DNA of 64,000 nucleotides, from the NCBI RefSeq assembly GCF_036971445.1, contig NC_091471.1, positions 277,388,001-277,452,000 of the forward strand, written 5' to 3'. Position numbers and translations under genes: made by a program. Of the stretch, positions 37,574-51,149 are shown piece after piece; position 1 is the first letter of the stretch, and every line of letters starts with the position of its first letter. The notes under the pieces are model-generated. The model was not told where the DNA came from and ran no database searches. It was given only the letters and a program-made list of their open reading frames with translations. Source of the DNA: Narcine bancroftii (taxonomy: Eukaryota).

Positions 37574-37737
37574 CTGTGACAATGTACTGCGAATCTCCTG
37601 AAAATGCACAGTCCCACATCCAGCCCCGTGATGTCTCTCCAGGGTTATTGCTCTTGATACTAAGTTCAGTCATGAGGGAGAAGTTGGAGGTCCTCCATAT
37701 CTTACAGGTCTGATCAGCAGAGCAAGTGGCGAGAAGT
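37574..37737 (-). CDS. MLST8: MLST8 coding exon 7 ([37 protein letters not shown])
   Basis: GT-AG boundaries, 164 nt, phases fit. Confidence 0.98.
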
Positions 37738-40700
37738 CTATTTAATAAAGAAGAACAAGTGGGTATTGCACAATTACAGGAGTTAAACAGGAACTAAACA
37801 CATCTCCTTTTCAATGCCTGATATATTGTACTGCCCTATCACAGTTAAATAGTCTTTCAACAGCCTATTAATGGGGTTGATAATGATTCTCTCAACATCC
37901 TTGAAACCATGGAGGCCCACGTCTAAGAATACAACTCCCATGCTTGGCAGCAGACCATGAGGGGTTGTGGGCTCCAAGAGTATCAGGGTGCATTAGAGCA
38001 GAACACCCCTCTACCCACAGCCAAGAAAGAAAAGCCCAGGAAACAACCGTACAGGACAGGTGTCCACAGCCACGGACCACAAAGCCCTCAGTGTCTGCTG
38101 GAGACTGGCTCATGAGAACCAAGTTTCAGGTCCGGGATTCACGAGATGTCGATGGAAAGATGGGCTCCTGAGAGCGTTGACAGATTCCTGATCATATTGG
38201 GGATTCGGAACCAGGAGCTCAGGTTCATTGCTGGAACAAACAGGAGTCTGTGAAGCTACAGAGGCTGTAGGAGCGCTGGAGGCAAATCCACGGACACTCG
38301 GTGTCTCTGAAGGAACTCTCTTCCTCTTCTTTTTCTCTTACTGTTTGGGCACTGGGCAATACTGGTAACACCTCTTTGTGTTACTTTATGGCAGGCAAAT
38401 ATTCATGGTCTTAGTGCATTATTGCATTGTGTGCATTGGCGCACAACAATAAAGGAATCCTGAAACCACTTCTCAGATCTATTTAGGTGTTGGTCCCTTG
38501 TTCAGGCACTGTTCTGAACAAAAAACATACAGGTCAGAGGGGACAATTCATTCAGCAGGAGGGGTACAGAAACAAAACGTTCTCACCAGGAAAGTGGGCA
38601 CAGCAAAGTAAGGATGGAGAACAGTGACTAGACACACCACAAACACTGCAGATATATGGAAACTTGTTAAGTATATAACCATATAACAATTTACAGTATA
38701 GAAACAGGCCATATCGGCCCTTCGAGTCTGCACTGATTTACGTGAAAATCCACTAGATCCACCTACCCACTCCCATGCCCATAGTCCTCCAACCCCCTAT
38801 CATCCATGAACTCATCTAACCTCCTCTTAAATGATAGAACTGACCCTGCCGCATCTACCTCTTCTGGAAGATCATTTCACTCAGCCACCACTCTCTGAGT
38901 GAAGAAGCATTCTCTTATATTACTCCTAAAGTTTTGTCCTCTAACCCATAACACAGGGGTGTCAAACTCAAATTCACAGAGGGCCAAAATTAAAAACTTG
39001 GACTAAGTCATGGGCCAAACTAAATATTTATTCATGGTTAGTTTCATCATCTTGCTTCTTATCCTATACCTCACCAGTTGCCCTTGTGGCTTTGAAATCA
39101 GATTGCAGCAGGATTTTTGTCAGTTTCTGATTCATCCACTGCAAGAAATTAACATCAAGCAACAATCTTACACTTTGAAGGTCCTGCAATCTTTCTCACA
39201 GCTGAAATTCAGAGCTGGCAAACACACTAAATAAATTATAGACTGCAGAATTAGACATTTGATATATCCATGGACTGTAAGTAGATTTTGCAGCTAAGAC
39301 TTTCATGATTGAATCAAACAAAAGATAAATATTTTTAAGATTAATTGCAAAGTGCCCCAATAGTTTACTGTCAAATATGGTGTTTCCTTCTCATTGCCTT
39401 TTTCGCGAATGCCTCATGGAAAAATCTGAAGAAAAATACATTTATAAGGCATAGTTACATGATTTGAGAGCCACCAAACACAGCAGGATGCTTCCAGAGG
39501 CACTGAAACAAACTGATCCGTTAATGTGTAGGTCGGCCAGGAGAATCCACTCCCTCAAGAGAGAAGCAAAAGCCCAATAAGCCTGACATCGGCTCAATAA
39601 GTAGATGCATTACTGGCAGTCCTACATAATGTTGAGGGCTCAGGAGAAACAGAACCAATGTGTGCTCGATTTGGCTGAACAAGGTACGCAGACAGCACAA
39701 TTCTACAAGCTTAGTCCTTTCTCAAGGCTAACTCTTGCCTTGAACATTAGCAGGTCATAACACAAATGCATGATATGAATTTAGAGAACAGGCCATTCCA
39801 GCCCATGAGCCCATGCCATCCAAATACACCCCTATATTCCACTCACCGACTAATCTCATACACCTTCGGAATGTGGGAGCAAGCCAGAGCTCCCAAATGA
39901 AACCCACCTGGACAAGGGGAGAATGTACAAAACTTCTGACAGACAGTGGCGGATTTGAACCCGGGTCACTGGCGCTGTAATAATGTGGTGCAAACTACAC
40001 TATTTCGTACCACTTAAATGTTTTGGGGAGAGGAGATGGAACCAGATAATGTAACAACATACAAGAGGCATCTACAGGTGGGGGGGAAGGACAACATACC
40101 ATTCCTCTGCTGTACTGTTCCATTTTCTAACTGAGATAGAGAATAATTTTCAATGAGGTAAGTGGGCGACTCGATCTGATGGGTGTGCGCAGAGAGTCAG
40201 AATAGAATTAGAAATCTACAGCACAGTACAGGCCTTTTGGCCCACTGTGTTGTGCTGACACTACCAACTGCCTCGAATTTCCCTACTGCAGAACCTTCCA
40301 TTTCTCTCAGTTCTATATTCCTATCTAATAGTTTCTATCTAATAGTTTTATAGTTTAGTGAAATCCGTTTTTTTTAAAATTTGCTCCCTTATAATTCTGA
40401 CTGTTGATTCAGTGGCCAGAGTGTAGTGGTCCAGTGATTTGGATTTATTGGGCCATACAGCTTCTTCCAGCACATCCTGGGAAGCCATCTCATCTTTATG
40501 GCCTGGGACAGCACAACTTGCCAAGACTTCCAGAATCGTGAATGTCAAAAGTCATTCACAAATTTCAAAAATAGCTGTTAGAAAAAAAACTTTAAAATGG
40601 TAAAAGATGAAAAAAATACACCCTACTTAAAAACATTTTGAGTGACTTAATTAACCAAAGAGTGGACTGATTGTAGTTGTGTTTGGTCAACAAATCCAGT

Positions 40701-40974
40701 GGGTAGATTTCCCAGGGTAAGGCTGTGTTGTAGCCTGCACTTGGGAATAGCCTAATGATCCATGTAGAACCCTGCGGATGATCACACTTCACTGTAAGCA
40801 GATTTGTTTACCAGGCCATCCTCCTCGTAAATTATTCTGTAACTAGGATCACGATCTAGGTCACGAGGTGACTTGTTTATAACAGGTACAAAAAATACCC
40901 CCCATATCCCCAATTGAGATACTGATCATGCAGTTCAGTGTGGGTTTAAATGTAATTTAAAGGAAATTATTTAC

Positions 40975-41099
40975 GTGGAGTCAGGGCTGAACTTGCAGCG
41001 AAGAGCGTAGCGTTTGTGTGCTGGGATTTTGGTCTTGGGGATAAGCTGAGTAACATCATCGCCGATGCCTCCTGTCAGGTTCCACACGTAGCAATTACC
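40975..41099 (-). CDS. MLST8: MLST8 coding exon 6 ([25 protein letters not shown])
   Basis: GT-AG boundaries, 125 nt. Confidence 0.98.
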
Positions 41100-43102
41100 C
41101 TTGTGAGAAAGAGAATGTGGTGAGGCAGAAACATTAGAGCAAAAATAAAAAAGAAACCATAGATTCTGGAAATCCGAAACCAAAGAAACACTCAGCCACA
41201 CAGGCAGCACCTTTGGTGAGAGACAGCATTCCCCTTGACCTCAGGTTTCAACTTTCCAGTTTGCTGCATATCATCCTGTGATTTCTGCCAACTCAACCAG
41301 ACACACGATCCCCTGCCTTGAGCATTTTGAAAGTGTTGTTTACTCTGTGGCTACTCTTCTGTCTCCAATAACCACTCCCCTTCCCATTACAACTGAAAGA
41401 GGTGCAACCCTTTCACCTCTTCCCTTTGCAGCAGCCAGAGATTCAAACAGTCCTTCCACAGCTGAAGCTGCAATTCATTTGCATTTCTACCAATTTAGGA
41501 GATAGAACAGAACAGCACTCTATCTCATAGCCCTCATTTTTCTTACATCCAAATCATTTGAATGTCCCTATTGTACCAACCTCCACCACCATTCCTGGCA
41601 ATGCCTTCCTCTGCACCCTGTGTATAAAAATGTACCTTTGACGTCTCTCCTAATCTCCTCCACTCACAAATGGCCTTTGTTATTTGCTACTGTTGCCACA
41701 GGAAAAAGGTTTTGACTGACCACTCTATCTATTCCCCGTCAATCTTGTGCAGTGTGTTCAAAAATCACAATAGCTCTCCTCAACTTTGATGAGTCCAAAT
41801 GCAGGTTAGACGATGGCATTGCAGATTCCACAGAGGTGTCTCCGAGATTTCAACCCTGCTCCACTCTGATGTACATCTACATAGCCTCGTCTGCTGTTAT
41901 ACTGAGGCCCAATGCAAGCTTGAGAAGCACCTCATCTTCATCTGGGCACCGGCCAGTCTTCCAGACACAACACTGAATTCTCCAACTTCCAATAACAGAA
42001 CTTTACAAGTTATCAATCTGCAATATTGGCTCAGATTTCTCTCCACCCCACCCATCCCCCACCACTTAATCAGCACAGCCTGATCTGTTGTGTGCAATAC
42101 ATCACACCTCTAAATGCCCATTACCAAGTCATCCCCATAGCAATCATAGCCCTATCCTATCACAGATGTTCCCTTTCTCTTGCTTCCCCTCCACCATCAT
42201 TTCAGCAACTTTAAGCTTTTCTTTTCCTGTTCTCCTTTTGGCAGACAGATGGAATATGTTTAAATCAGAAGAAGGTTGGCAGGCATTGTGAATCAAAGAG
42301 AGGTGCCATGACAAGAATGTTTTCTAACCCAAAACATTAACTCTGTTTCTCTCTCCATGGAATGTGCTTGGTGCAAATGAGTGCTTCTGGCATTTTCCGG
42401 TTTTATTTCAGAAACATCAGGGGCACCTGCTCTCAACTCCCATCTCATTCCCTCAAATCATTCAGGGAGCCATGTTTATTGCTTGTCTCCAAAAGTGCGA
42501 TGAACTGCCTTTTGAACCATCGTGTGAGGTGTGCAAGAAGGAAGGGAGCCTGCCAGAAATTTGCTCGTTGAAGGGAAACTGGAAGGTGCATGAGCCAGAG
42601 GGAAGTTGGGGATAGTAGCATTCCCAAGTATTAGTAACATTCCCTGTTCTGCTGGCTGGCAGATGGTGTGTTCTGATGTGCTGTTCAGATGCCGGGCAAG
42701 TTGTTGCAGTGTATCTTGTTGATGATCCCAGCCCAACCTTATACCCCTCATTCCACTGTCACGACCACTCGGTGCAGTACTTATCTCAGTTTGAGCATGT
42801 GCACCATGGAGCTACCCTCAGTCCTCTCCCTCATGACCTCTCAGCTTTTTTCTCTTCTACCCTCTCACCTGTTTACCTGTGCTCCTCCACTTCCCCTCTC
42901 CCCCTTCTCCCCTATACCCCCACCTTTTTTTCAGATGCCTGCCTGTTTTTCCTTGTATCTGACAAAGGGTCCAGGCTTGAAATGTTGGTTACCCTTAACT
43001 GCCCGTGGATGCTGCATGACCTGCTGAGTTTCTCCAGCTCGTTTGCGTATTACCATTTCCAGACTTTCTTGTTCAAGTCGGTTAAAGTTCCAGGTCATTT
43101 AC

Positions 43103-43255
43103 CGAGCTATTGACTGCTGCCATGTAGCTTGCATCTGGATCAATGTGAACAGCATTAACCGATACTTCTGCCTCAGGGATCAGTTGCTCATTGTGGTCAG
43201 TTTTCAGGTCCCAGATGTGAATGGCTCCACTCTGATCACCAACTATCAGCTCTGC
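43103..43255 (-). CDS. MLST8: MLST8 coding exon 5 ([36 protein letters not shown])
   Basis: GT-AG boundaries, 153 nt. Confidence 0.98.
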
Positions 43256-44649
43256 CTGCAAACATATAGACAGTTAAAGCCATCAATACCCGGACAGAAA
43301 AAGCCTGAAGCAGAAGGAACTTGTTAAGGAGGAAGAACAGTTGTGCATGCATATGAACATTCCTTGAACTGCTCCTCATAATGCCCAAAGGCACGCTTGG
43401 TACTTTCAACAATCAATATCAGATATGCTCAAGAGAAATGACCTTAGTTATAAGGGACCAGAGGATCTATGATTGGAGAAGGCAGAGGGGAGATTTGAAG
43501 GAGAGGTCCTGATCGATTAGATAAAGATCTACTGCAAGAAGGGCCAATAACAAGTTGAACATTTGGCTGAGGTTTGAGATGGAGGCTCAAATGGCTCATG
43601 TCAGGCATTATGGAGCTGCACGCTTCAAGGCAAGTGCATTCTACCACAATCTTAATATGGAATTGATTTAGGGAGTTAGGAGATGCAGATGATGTCATAC
43701 TCTGGGCACTGCTGGCAAGACCAATGCTCACTGTCTGTCCCCAATGATGAAGATACCCCCATAGAGTCCATCGTATGGGGAGTTCCAATGTCCAGATTCA
43801 GCAACATCAAGGGATTGTCACAAGGTGTCAGTGTATAGTTAGCACCTGGTCCACAATGAGCAACTCCCAGGATGTTGCAATGGTCAATGTCTTTAACATC
43901 AAGGGGAGAGGTGTTTAAATTCATTTATTAGCACTGGTCATTGTCTGCCACTTGTTACTTGTCCCTTATCCATAGCTGAAGATGTCCAGCTGCTTCATTC
44001 ACAGGGTCTATAACTGGAACAGGACACAGAGCAGGTCATTAGCAAACATCTCCAATGCTGATCTCAGAGGTGGAGGAAAAAAAGCTATTTATAAAGCATC
44101 CAAAGGCGGCTGTACCCACAATCCTGCCCTGAGATCTCTCAAGAGGTCACCATCTGCGAGGTTTGGTCTTCAATAGTCACAACCATTTTCATTTGCCAGA
44201 ACATCACTCCTGCCAATGGAGAGTTTTCCCTTTAATTCCAGTGGCCTGTAAATTTACCCAGGCCTTTTACTGCCAGAGAAATGCTGCCTTGACGTAATTG
44301 ATGATCATCACATCTCATTTCTGGGATTCAGCTGTTAAGTCCACATTTGCCCAAAGCTGTAATGAGGTCTGGAGTCAAGTGCCAAACCCAACTGGGCTGC
44401 ATTGGGTTATTTCAGAACTGGGAACCTCCAGAGAGACTTTGTAAAGCACAGCAGCGCCACACACTGGCAAGCGATGGAGAAACTGGGAGATGAACTTTCA
44501 GCCAGGAGTGCAGAGGGGATGCTGTCTGGACTTTAGATACACGGAGAGATTGGGCAAGGCGGACATGTTTTCTCTGGAGCAAAGGAGGCCGAGGAATAAT
44601 TTGATAGTAAATAAGATTATGAGAGGTTAGAGAGACTCTATTGGCATAC

Positions 44650-45985
44650 CTGTAAAATAACCAACTAGCCAGAGTGTTCATGGATATTTTCAATCCCTCA
44701 TTGCTGCAGTCGGAGGCTCCCTCCCGTTTCAAAAGGGCATCAATCATAGTGGCGCCCAAGAAGAGGAAAGTGAGCTGCCTCAAGGACCATCTCCCAGTAG
44801 CATTTGTGTCTTCTGTGACAAAATGCTTTGACGTGTTAGTCATGGCTAGAATTAACTCGTTCCCAAGTAAAGATCTGGACCCACTGCAATTTGCCTACCA
44901 CCACAACCACTCCACAGCAGATGCAATCTCGCTGGCTCTCCATTCAGCCCTCACAGCAGCTAAAACATCCGGTTACTCCTCAAAATTCAATACCATCATC
45001 CAGTCAGTACTGGCCAGCAAGTTTCAAATTCTGGGCCTCTGCAACCCCCCCCCCCACACAACTGGAGCCTTGACTTCCACATTGGAAGACCACAGTCAGT
45101 ACGAATCGGAAACATTTCCTCCTTACTGACGAACAACACAGACGCTCCTCAAGGATGCTTAGCCCACTACTCTATTTGCTCTACTCCCACGTCTGCGCGG
45201 CCAGGCACAATTCAAATGGCATCTACAAATTTGCCGATGGTTGTCGAAAGAATCACAGGTGGCAATGTGGAAGTGCACAGGAGTGATCAGCAAGTTGAGT
45301 GGTATCACAACAACCTTGCACTCAACATTTGCAAAACTAAGGAACTGATTGTGGACCTCAAGAGGGGAAAATCAGGAGAACACAACCCAGTTCTCATTGA
45401 GGGGTCAGCAGTGGAAACTTCAAATTCCTGCGTGTCAAAATCTCTGAAGATCAATCCTAGAGCCTCTATGTCGATGCAATCACAAAGGATCGCCAGCTGC
45501 TATATTTCAATAGGAGTTTGAGGAGATTTGGTATGACACCAAAGACCCTTGCAAATTTCTACAGGTGCACCATGGGGGGCCTCCTGACTGGATGTATCAC
45601 TGTTTGGTATAGGGGTGCACAAGACAACAAAAAAGTACAGAGAGTTGTGAATTTGGCCAGGGGCATCGAGGACATTTACAAGAGGTGTCACAAGAAAGCA
45701 GCCTCTATCCTCAAAGACCCCCACCACACAGGCCATGTCCTCTTCACACTGCTACCATTGCGGAAAGGCACAGGAGCCTAGAGATGAGAACCCAACGGAA
45801 CAGAAACATCATCTTCCCCTCTGCCATCAGATTTCTATGGACAATGAACCACAAACCCTATCTCTTTTTGCACTAATTTATTTAAAAAATGTAATTTTTG
45901 CAATTTTTCACCTGCAATGCTGCTGCAAAACAATGAATTTCGTGACATATGTTCATGACAGTGAATTCTGATTTTGATTCTATAG
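44650..45985 (+). mobile_element. Rex1/Babar-type LINE fragment
   Basis: DIFNPSLLQS..DPLQFAY..STADAI; LNICKTKELIVD; ttctga tail. Confidence 0.8.
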
Positions 45986-46322
45986 ATCGGGCATGAAAGC
46001 GGTATCAAAAACCAGAGGGCCAGGTTTTAAGATTTAAAGTGGATATTGCGATTAAGTTTTTTTTTACCCACAGAGAATGGCTGGTATCTGGAATGCACTG
46101 CCAGAGGAGATAGAGGAATTGGAAACAATTATTATGTTCAGGAGACATAGAACACAGTCCTAATATGGGCAAATGGGATTTATTGTAGATAGACATGGTG
46201 GGTCAATGGGCCTGTCTCTGTGTTGTACCATTCAGTGATCTCAACGCTACAATTCTTCTTTACGGGGAGTGAGCTCACTCAGGCAGCCTGCTTCTTTGGT
46301 GATGAGTGATGTTGCACCTTAC

Positions 46323-46398
46323 CTGATTGGGATGCAAGCAGACACAATTTATTGGAGCGTTGACCTGGAAGATTCTCTGACACTGCAGATTGCGTGAC
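46323..46398 (-). CDS. MLST8: MLST8 coding exon 4 ([25 protein letters not shown])
   Basis: GT-AG boundaries, 76 nt. Confidence 0.98.
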
Positions 46399-46675
46399 CT
46401 GCCAAGAGACAGAAAGATTACGTGTGAGCTTGAGCACCAACAATGCGTTGATTATGGTCAGGGTTCAGGGGTCTAGTCCTCCCCCACCTTTAGCCTTCTG
46501 TAGACCTGTTGTTTTTGTGACAGCTGTGTGGAGTGTGTACAGAAGTCAGGAGACACTGGGTCTGCTAAAATTAACTGGCTACTGATGTTGAAGGTCTGTG
46601 TCTTCACTTGTCTACTGCCCACAGCAATGCCAAAAAAAGGCAGTGGACCCCATCCCTTCATACCATTATAAATAC

Positions 46676-46838
46676 CTGAGGTCCCAGATTCGGGCCATGC
46701 AGTCCTCGCCACCAGTGTACATCCAACGTCCATCCTCATGGAAACCAACTGAGGTGATGTTTTTGCTGACTCCATCATAGTTGATCACTGGGTTTGGGTT
46801 GTTGGAATTCAGGTCATACATTCGGATATGCTGGTATC
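46676..46838 (-). CDS. MLST8: MLST8 coding exon 3 ([30 protein letters not shown])
   Basis: GT-AG boundaries, 163 nt. Confidence 0.98.
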
Positions 46839-47301
46839 CTACAAGGCAATGAAAATAAAATGCATTATTTTTAATCACAATCCAACCTCAACCTGCGCCA
46901 TTACCGTGCATCTGCAACAAGGTCATAATATTGTGTTAGAGCCTGAGCTCACTAAAAGCAGCAATGCACTGGCCTTTCTTTTTCTGACTGGCTACTGATG
47001 CCATTCCCTTTCACCTTTCAGCCACAAGCATAAACTTCAGCTGTCTGCAGCATTAGATCTTGCCTTCCTCTCTCCACACCCACTCCTCAAGGACTAAGTG
47101 GTCCAATGCCCCTAAAGGTGGAAATAATGTTCATTTCACAGAAACCACTTCCATTCAGAAACTATTATAAAACCATGTTTAATTTCACCTATAGAGAAGG
47201 CCAGCAACCCATACATTCAGTGAGGTGCATCCTGCAGGAGCAGACCAGAGCGTGGGGCTGTCAAAAGAATATATATAAGTGAACAAAAGTATATTGCTCA
47301 C

Positions 47302-47353
47302 CTGCAGCTGCAATCATACTGCGGTCCGGAGTGATCTCCAGAGCATTTACCTG
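47302..47353 (-). CDS. MLST8: MLST8 coding exon 2 (QVNALEITPDRSMIAAA)
   Basis: 52 nt, donor G|GTGAGC. Confidence 0.97.
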
Positions 47354-49198
47354 CTGACAGCTTCGCTAAGGAAATGGAAAGAATGAAGCAACATATAATT
47401 TCCACTCTGGGCACAAGTAACTGACTAAAGGTTGAGTGGTGATTGAAAGGGGTACATTCCAGTATCACCGGAAGGGCAAGAGCACTCTGATGTGATTAGG
47501 CATAGAAATTTACAAAGGGAATCAAACTGGTCCTGGACAAGGGAAGGAAGTGTTGTCTTCCCTTGTCCAGGGCTGAGAGGACCATAGATGCAAAACTATA
47601 TAAAATTGTAAAATATAAGAACACAAAAGGGTGATGGTAGAGGTTTGTCTTTTGTGATTGGAAACCTGTAACCAGCAGAATCGAGCAATTGATTATTGCC
47701 ACATGTACAGTCACAAGTTTTGTTTTGCAAATCCACTCAAACAGCAGGCAATGTGCAGTGCGTAGAGTTACAGCAATTCAAAGACTGCATAGTCTCACAA
47801 AGACAAAGATACAGAGAGAAATGCAATTAAAACAGTGCAAGGGTATCGCCTTTTACCAGGGAAAGGTCCATTTAAGATTGATAACAGTAGGAAGAAACAC
47901 TCCTTGAATCAGGAGGTTCCTGTTTTCCAGCTCGTGCATTTTCTGTCCAACATAGGAAGGAGAAGAAGAGCGCGACCAGGGCAGGTTCAGTCCTTTAATA
48001 TGTTGACAGCCTTCTCTAGACAGTGGGAGGTGTCGATGGAGTCAATGGATCTGCAAGGTGGCCTAAGCTTCTTCAAGATTCAATTTATTTTCACATAATA
48101 AGTGTCATATTACACGAAATTGCATTTGTCATCAGCAAACTCTCTACAAAATGTTCATTTTAATTTAGAGGTTACAGGCCCTTCCAGCACATGAGCCCCC
48201 ACCACCAAATAAACCCATGTGACCAATAAACGTCTGAAATGTGGGAGGAGACTCTTTATAGTCAGCGCTGGATTCAAACCTAGTTATCATCTCTTTTGAT
48301 AAAATTAAACAGAAGCCTCTGCTGCCAGTCTTCCCAAGAACCTGCCAGGTGGTGGTAAAAGAAAGCACACAATTTCTGAGTGACCCAGTGTCACAGCCAG
48401 TTACACCAAGGCCAAACAGCTCCAGCAACCCAGGTTCTATCCTGACCTCAGGAGCCATCTCTATGGAATTGACACCGCCTCCTTGTGGTCTTCTCTGGTT
48501 TCCTTGCACTTATAACCATAGAACATGATGGCCCAGTAAACAGGACATTCTAATCTGTGCCGAACTATTATTCCACCTAATCCCATTGACCTGAAACCAG
48601 TCCATAGCCCTCACATTCATGTCAAAATTTTTCTTAAATGTGAAAATTAAGCCCACATTCACCACTTCAGCTGGCAGCTTGTTCCTCACTCCCACTACTC
48701 TCTGTGTGAAGAAGTTCCCCCTAAAATTTTTCACCCATGTCCTCTGGTTTGTATCTCACCTACCCTCCATGGAAAAAGCCGACTTGCATTTACTCCTCAT
48801 AATTTTGTTTACCTCTATCAAATCTCCTTTCATTCCTCTACATTCCAAGGAATAAAGTCCTAACCTGTTTAATGGTTCCCCGTAACTCAGTTCTTGAAGT
48901 CCCGGCAACATCGCAGTAAAACTTCTCTGTACTCTTTCAATCTTACTGATATCTTTCCTGTAGTTAAGTGAACAAAACTGAAAAATTATTCAAAATTTGG
49001 CCTCACCAATGTCTTATACTTCACCATAACATCCCAGATCCTGTACTCAATACTTTGCTTTATGAAGGCCAATATGCCAACATTCCCAAAGGTGCACGGT
49101 TGCCAGTGCAAATTGCTCATTTGTAGGTGAGTGATAGAATATGGGGGGGGATTATAATGTGGGAAGAATAAAATAGGATTAATGAGCCATGAGGATAC
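47354..49198 (-). other. MLST8: U12-type (minor spliceosome) GT-AG intron of MLST8
   Basis: 5' site GTATCCTC; branch-like TTTCCTTAGC about 13 nt before the AG; no polypyrimidine tract between them. Confidence 0.88.
48515..49085 (-). mobile_element. CR1 3' fragment within the U12 intron
   Basis: [22 protein letters not shown]; NFFTQRVVGV. Confidence 0.85.
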
Positions 49199-49327
49199 AG
49201 AATCCTGATGCTGCACAGTCCGGGTGCAGATTCCACTGTGTGCCTGCCAGAAGCGAACAGTGTGGTCGTAACCAGCAGTGGCCAGAATGACAGGGTCACT
49301 GCCCACCGTGCCTGGGCTTGTGTTCAT
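49199..49327 (-). CDS. MLST8: MLST8 coding exon 1 ([43 protein letters not shown])
   Basis: GCCACCATG Kozak context; acceptor at 49356-49357 implies an upstream non-coding exon; summed CDS 981 nt = 326 aa. Confidence 0.98.
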
Positions 49328-49594
49328 GGTGGCTGTCGGGGTACAGAAATCCCACCTGCAACAAGAAAGAAGTATTGCCATCAAGGTTAGCATTGTTCCA
49401 AGCTATAGAAGATCCAGCAAGGCCAACCTTGTCCAGGATGAGGAACAGCAGCAAAGCTCTGGACTATGCCTTGAAACGTCATGCCCCCATCGCTGCTCAA
49501 CTGTAATAAAATTTCACAGCTCTTGTGGTCAATTAAACAGCAACAAACCAAGCCACCATTTTTACAGGCAGATCTCCCTCCCCCACACTCTCTT

Positions 49595-50180
49595 TCCTCC
49601 AATTCCCTACACTCCCCCATCATTCCCTCCCTCCGATTCCACTTTCCTCCATTCGGTCCCACCCCCTCCTCCCCCATTCCTGCCCCCTCATTCCTCTCCC
49701 CATTCCTGCCCCCTCATTCCTCTCCCCATTCCAGCCCCCTCATTCCTCTCCCCTACCCCTCCCCTCCCCATTCCTTCCCCCTCATTCCCCTCCCTCCCCA
49801 TTCCTGCCCCCTCATTCCTCTCCCCATTCCAGCCCCCTCATTCCTCTCCCCTACCCCTCCCCTCCCCATTCCTTCCCCCTCATTCCCCTCCCTCCCCATT
49901 CCTGCCCCCTCATTCCTCTCCCCATTCCAGCCCCCTCATTCCTCTCCCCTACCCCTCCCCTCCCCATTCCTTCTCCCTCATTCCCCTCCCTCCCCATTCC
50001 AGCCCCCCCCTCCCATCCCTCCCATTCCAGCCCCCCCCCTCCCATCCCTCCCATTCCAGCCCCCCCCCTCCCATTCCAGCCCCCCCCCCTCCCATCCCTC
50101 CCATTCCAGCCCCCCCCCCTCCCATCCCTCCCATTCCAGCCCCCCATCCCTCCCATTCCAGCCCCCCCCCCCCACCTCCA
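49595..50180. repeat. Polypyrimidine/polypurine complex tandem repeat (98-bp higher-order unit x3, then ~29-bp units)
   Basis: cctacccctc recurs at 49752, 49850, 49948; ccattccagccccc units follow. Confidence 0.9.
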
Positions 50181-50184
50181 CCTC

Positions 50185-50490
50185 TTTTCTCGCTCGGCCA
50201 CACTGATCCCTTGCTCCCGGTCCGTGCCACTAACCCCACCGGCCTGCAGCAGCAGCTGGGAACCACCGGCCTACCCCGAGCGGGAGTTCCGTTCGCTTCA
50301 GTCCGCACCGTGTTCCCCCCACCCACTCCCCGGTCGCCGGCCTTCGGTTTCCATCGCCCCTCACAAGCGGAAAGGTTAGTCCTGGTTGCCAGGCTCTTCC
50401 CCGGGGGCCGGAGCCATCGACGCCGGACAGGCAACGATGAGTGGGCGCGGGAACAGGGCGAGCCGGGTCCCTCCGGCCTGGGGGCTGTGA
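50185..50490 (-). promoter_or_regulatory. MLST8: CpG-rich region: probable MLST8 promoter and non-coding first exon
   Basis: Dense CpG cluster of non-repeat sequence ~0.9 kb upstream of the first coding exon; exon limits not determinable. Confidence 0.7.
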
Positions 50491-50914
50491 ATGCAGGAGA
50501 GAGAGGGAGAGGGGGAATGAGGGCAAGGGAGGGAGTGAGGGAAAGAAATGGAGGGAGAGAGGGAAAGAGTAAGGTAGGAAAAGAGAGAGGGAGGGTGGTA
50601 GGGAGTGAGGAGTGCCCGTCACAGCTGGGAGCTTGGACATGTTGGCATTGGGACTAGGGCGGTTGGCCCTAACACTGATGGTTGCCCAACTCCCTCCCGT
50701 CTTTCATTAGAACCACCGAACACGACAGCACAGAATCAGGCGCTTCGGCCCTTCTAGTCTCTGCCAAACTATTATTCTGCCTCGTCCCATGGGTCATATC
50801 CTTCCGATCTGTGTAACTGTCCAAATGTATCTTAAATGTTAAAAGTGAGGCTGCATTTACCAATTCAGATGGCAGCCTGTTCCACACTCCCACCACTCTC
50901 TGTGTGAAGTTTTA

Positions 50915-51148
50915 TATTTAGACATACAGTAAGGTAACAGGCCATTTTGGCTCACGAGCTCGTGGTGCCCAATTAACCTACAACCCCCAGGAAGTTTTGA
51001 AGGATGGGATCAAACCAGAGCACCCGGAGGAAACCCATGCAGACACGGGGAGAACGTACATACTCCTTACAGACAGGGCTGGATTCAAACCTGAGTCGCT
51101 GGTGTTGTAAGAGCATCACGTTAACCACTACATTAACCATGCCGGCCA
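50915..51148 (-). mobile_element. tRNA-derived SINE, near full length
   Basis: Minus strand ggccggcatggttaatgtagtggtt..ggtttgaatcc (A/B-box-like) plus family body. Confidence 0.75.
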
Positions 51149-51149
51149 A

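Noticed and set aside
49278-50657. 459-aa Pro-rich ORF and Gly-rich antisense ORFs
   Set aside because: Translation of the C-rich low-complexity tract, overlapping MLST8 intron 1 and promoter
51060-51148. tRNA gene
   Set aside because: A/B-box-like head continues into a multi-copy SINE body; no clean cloverleaf
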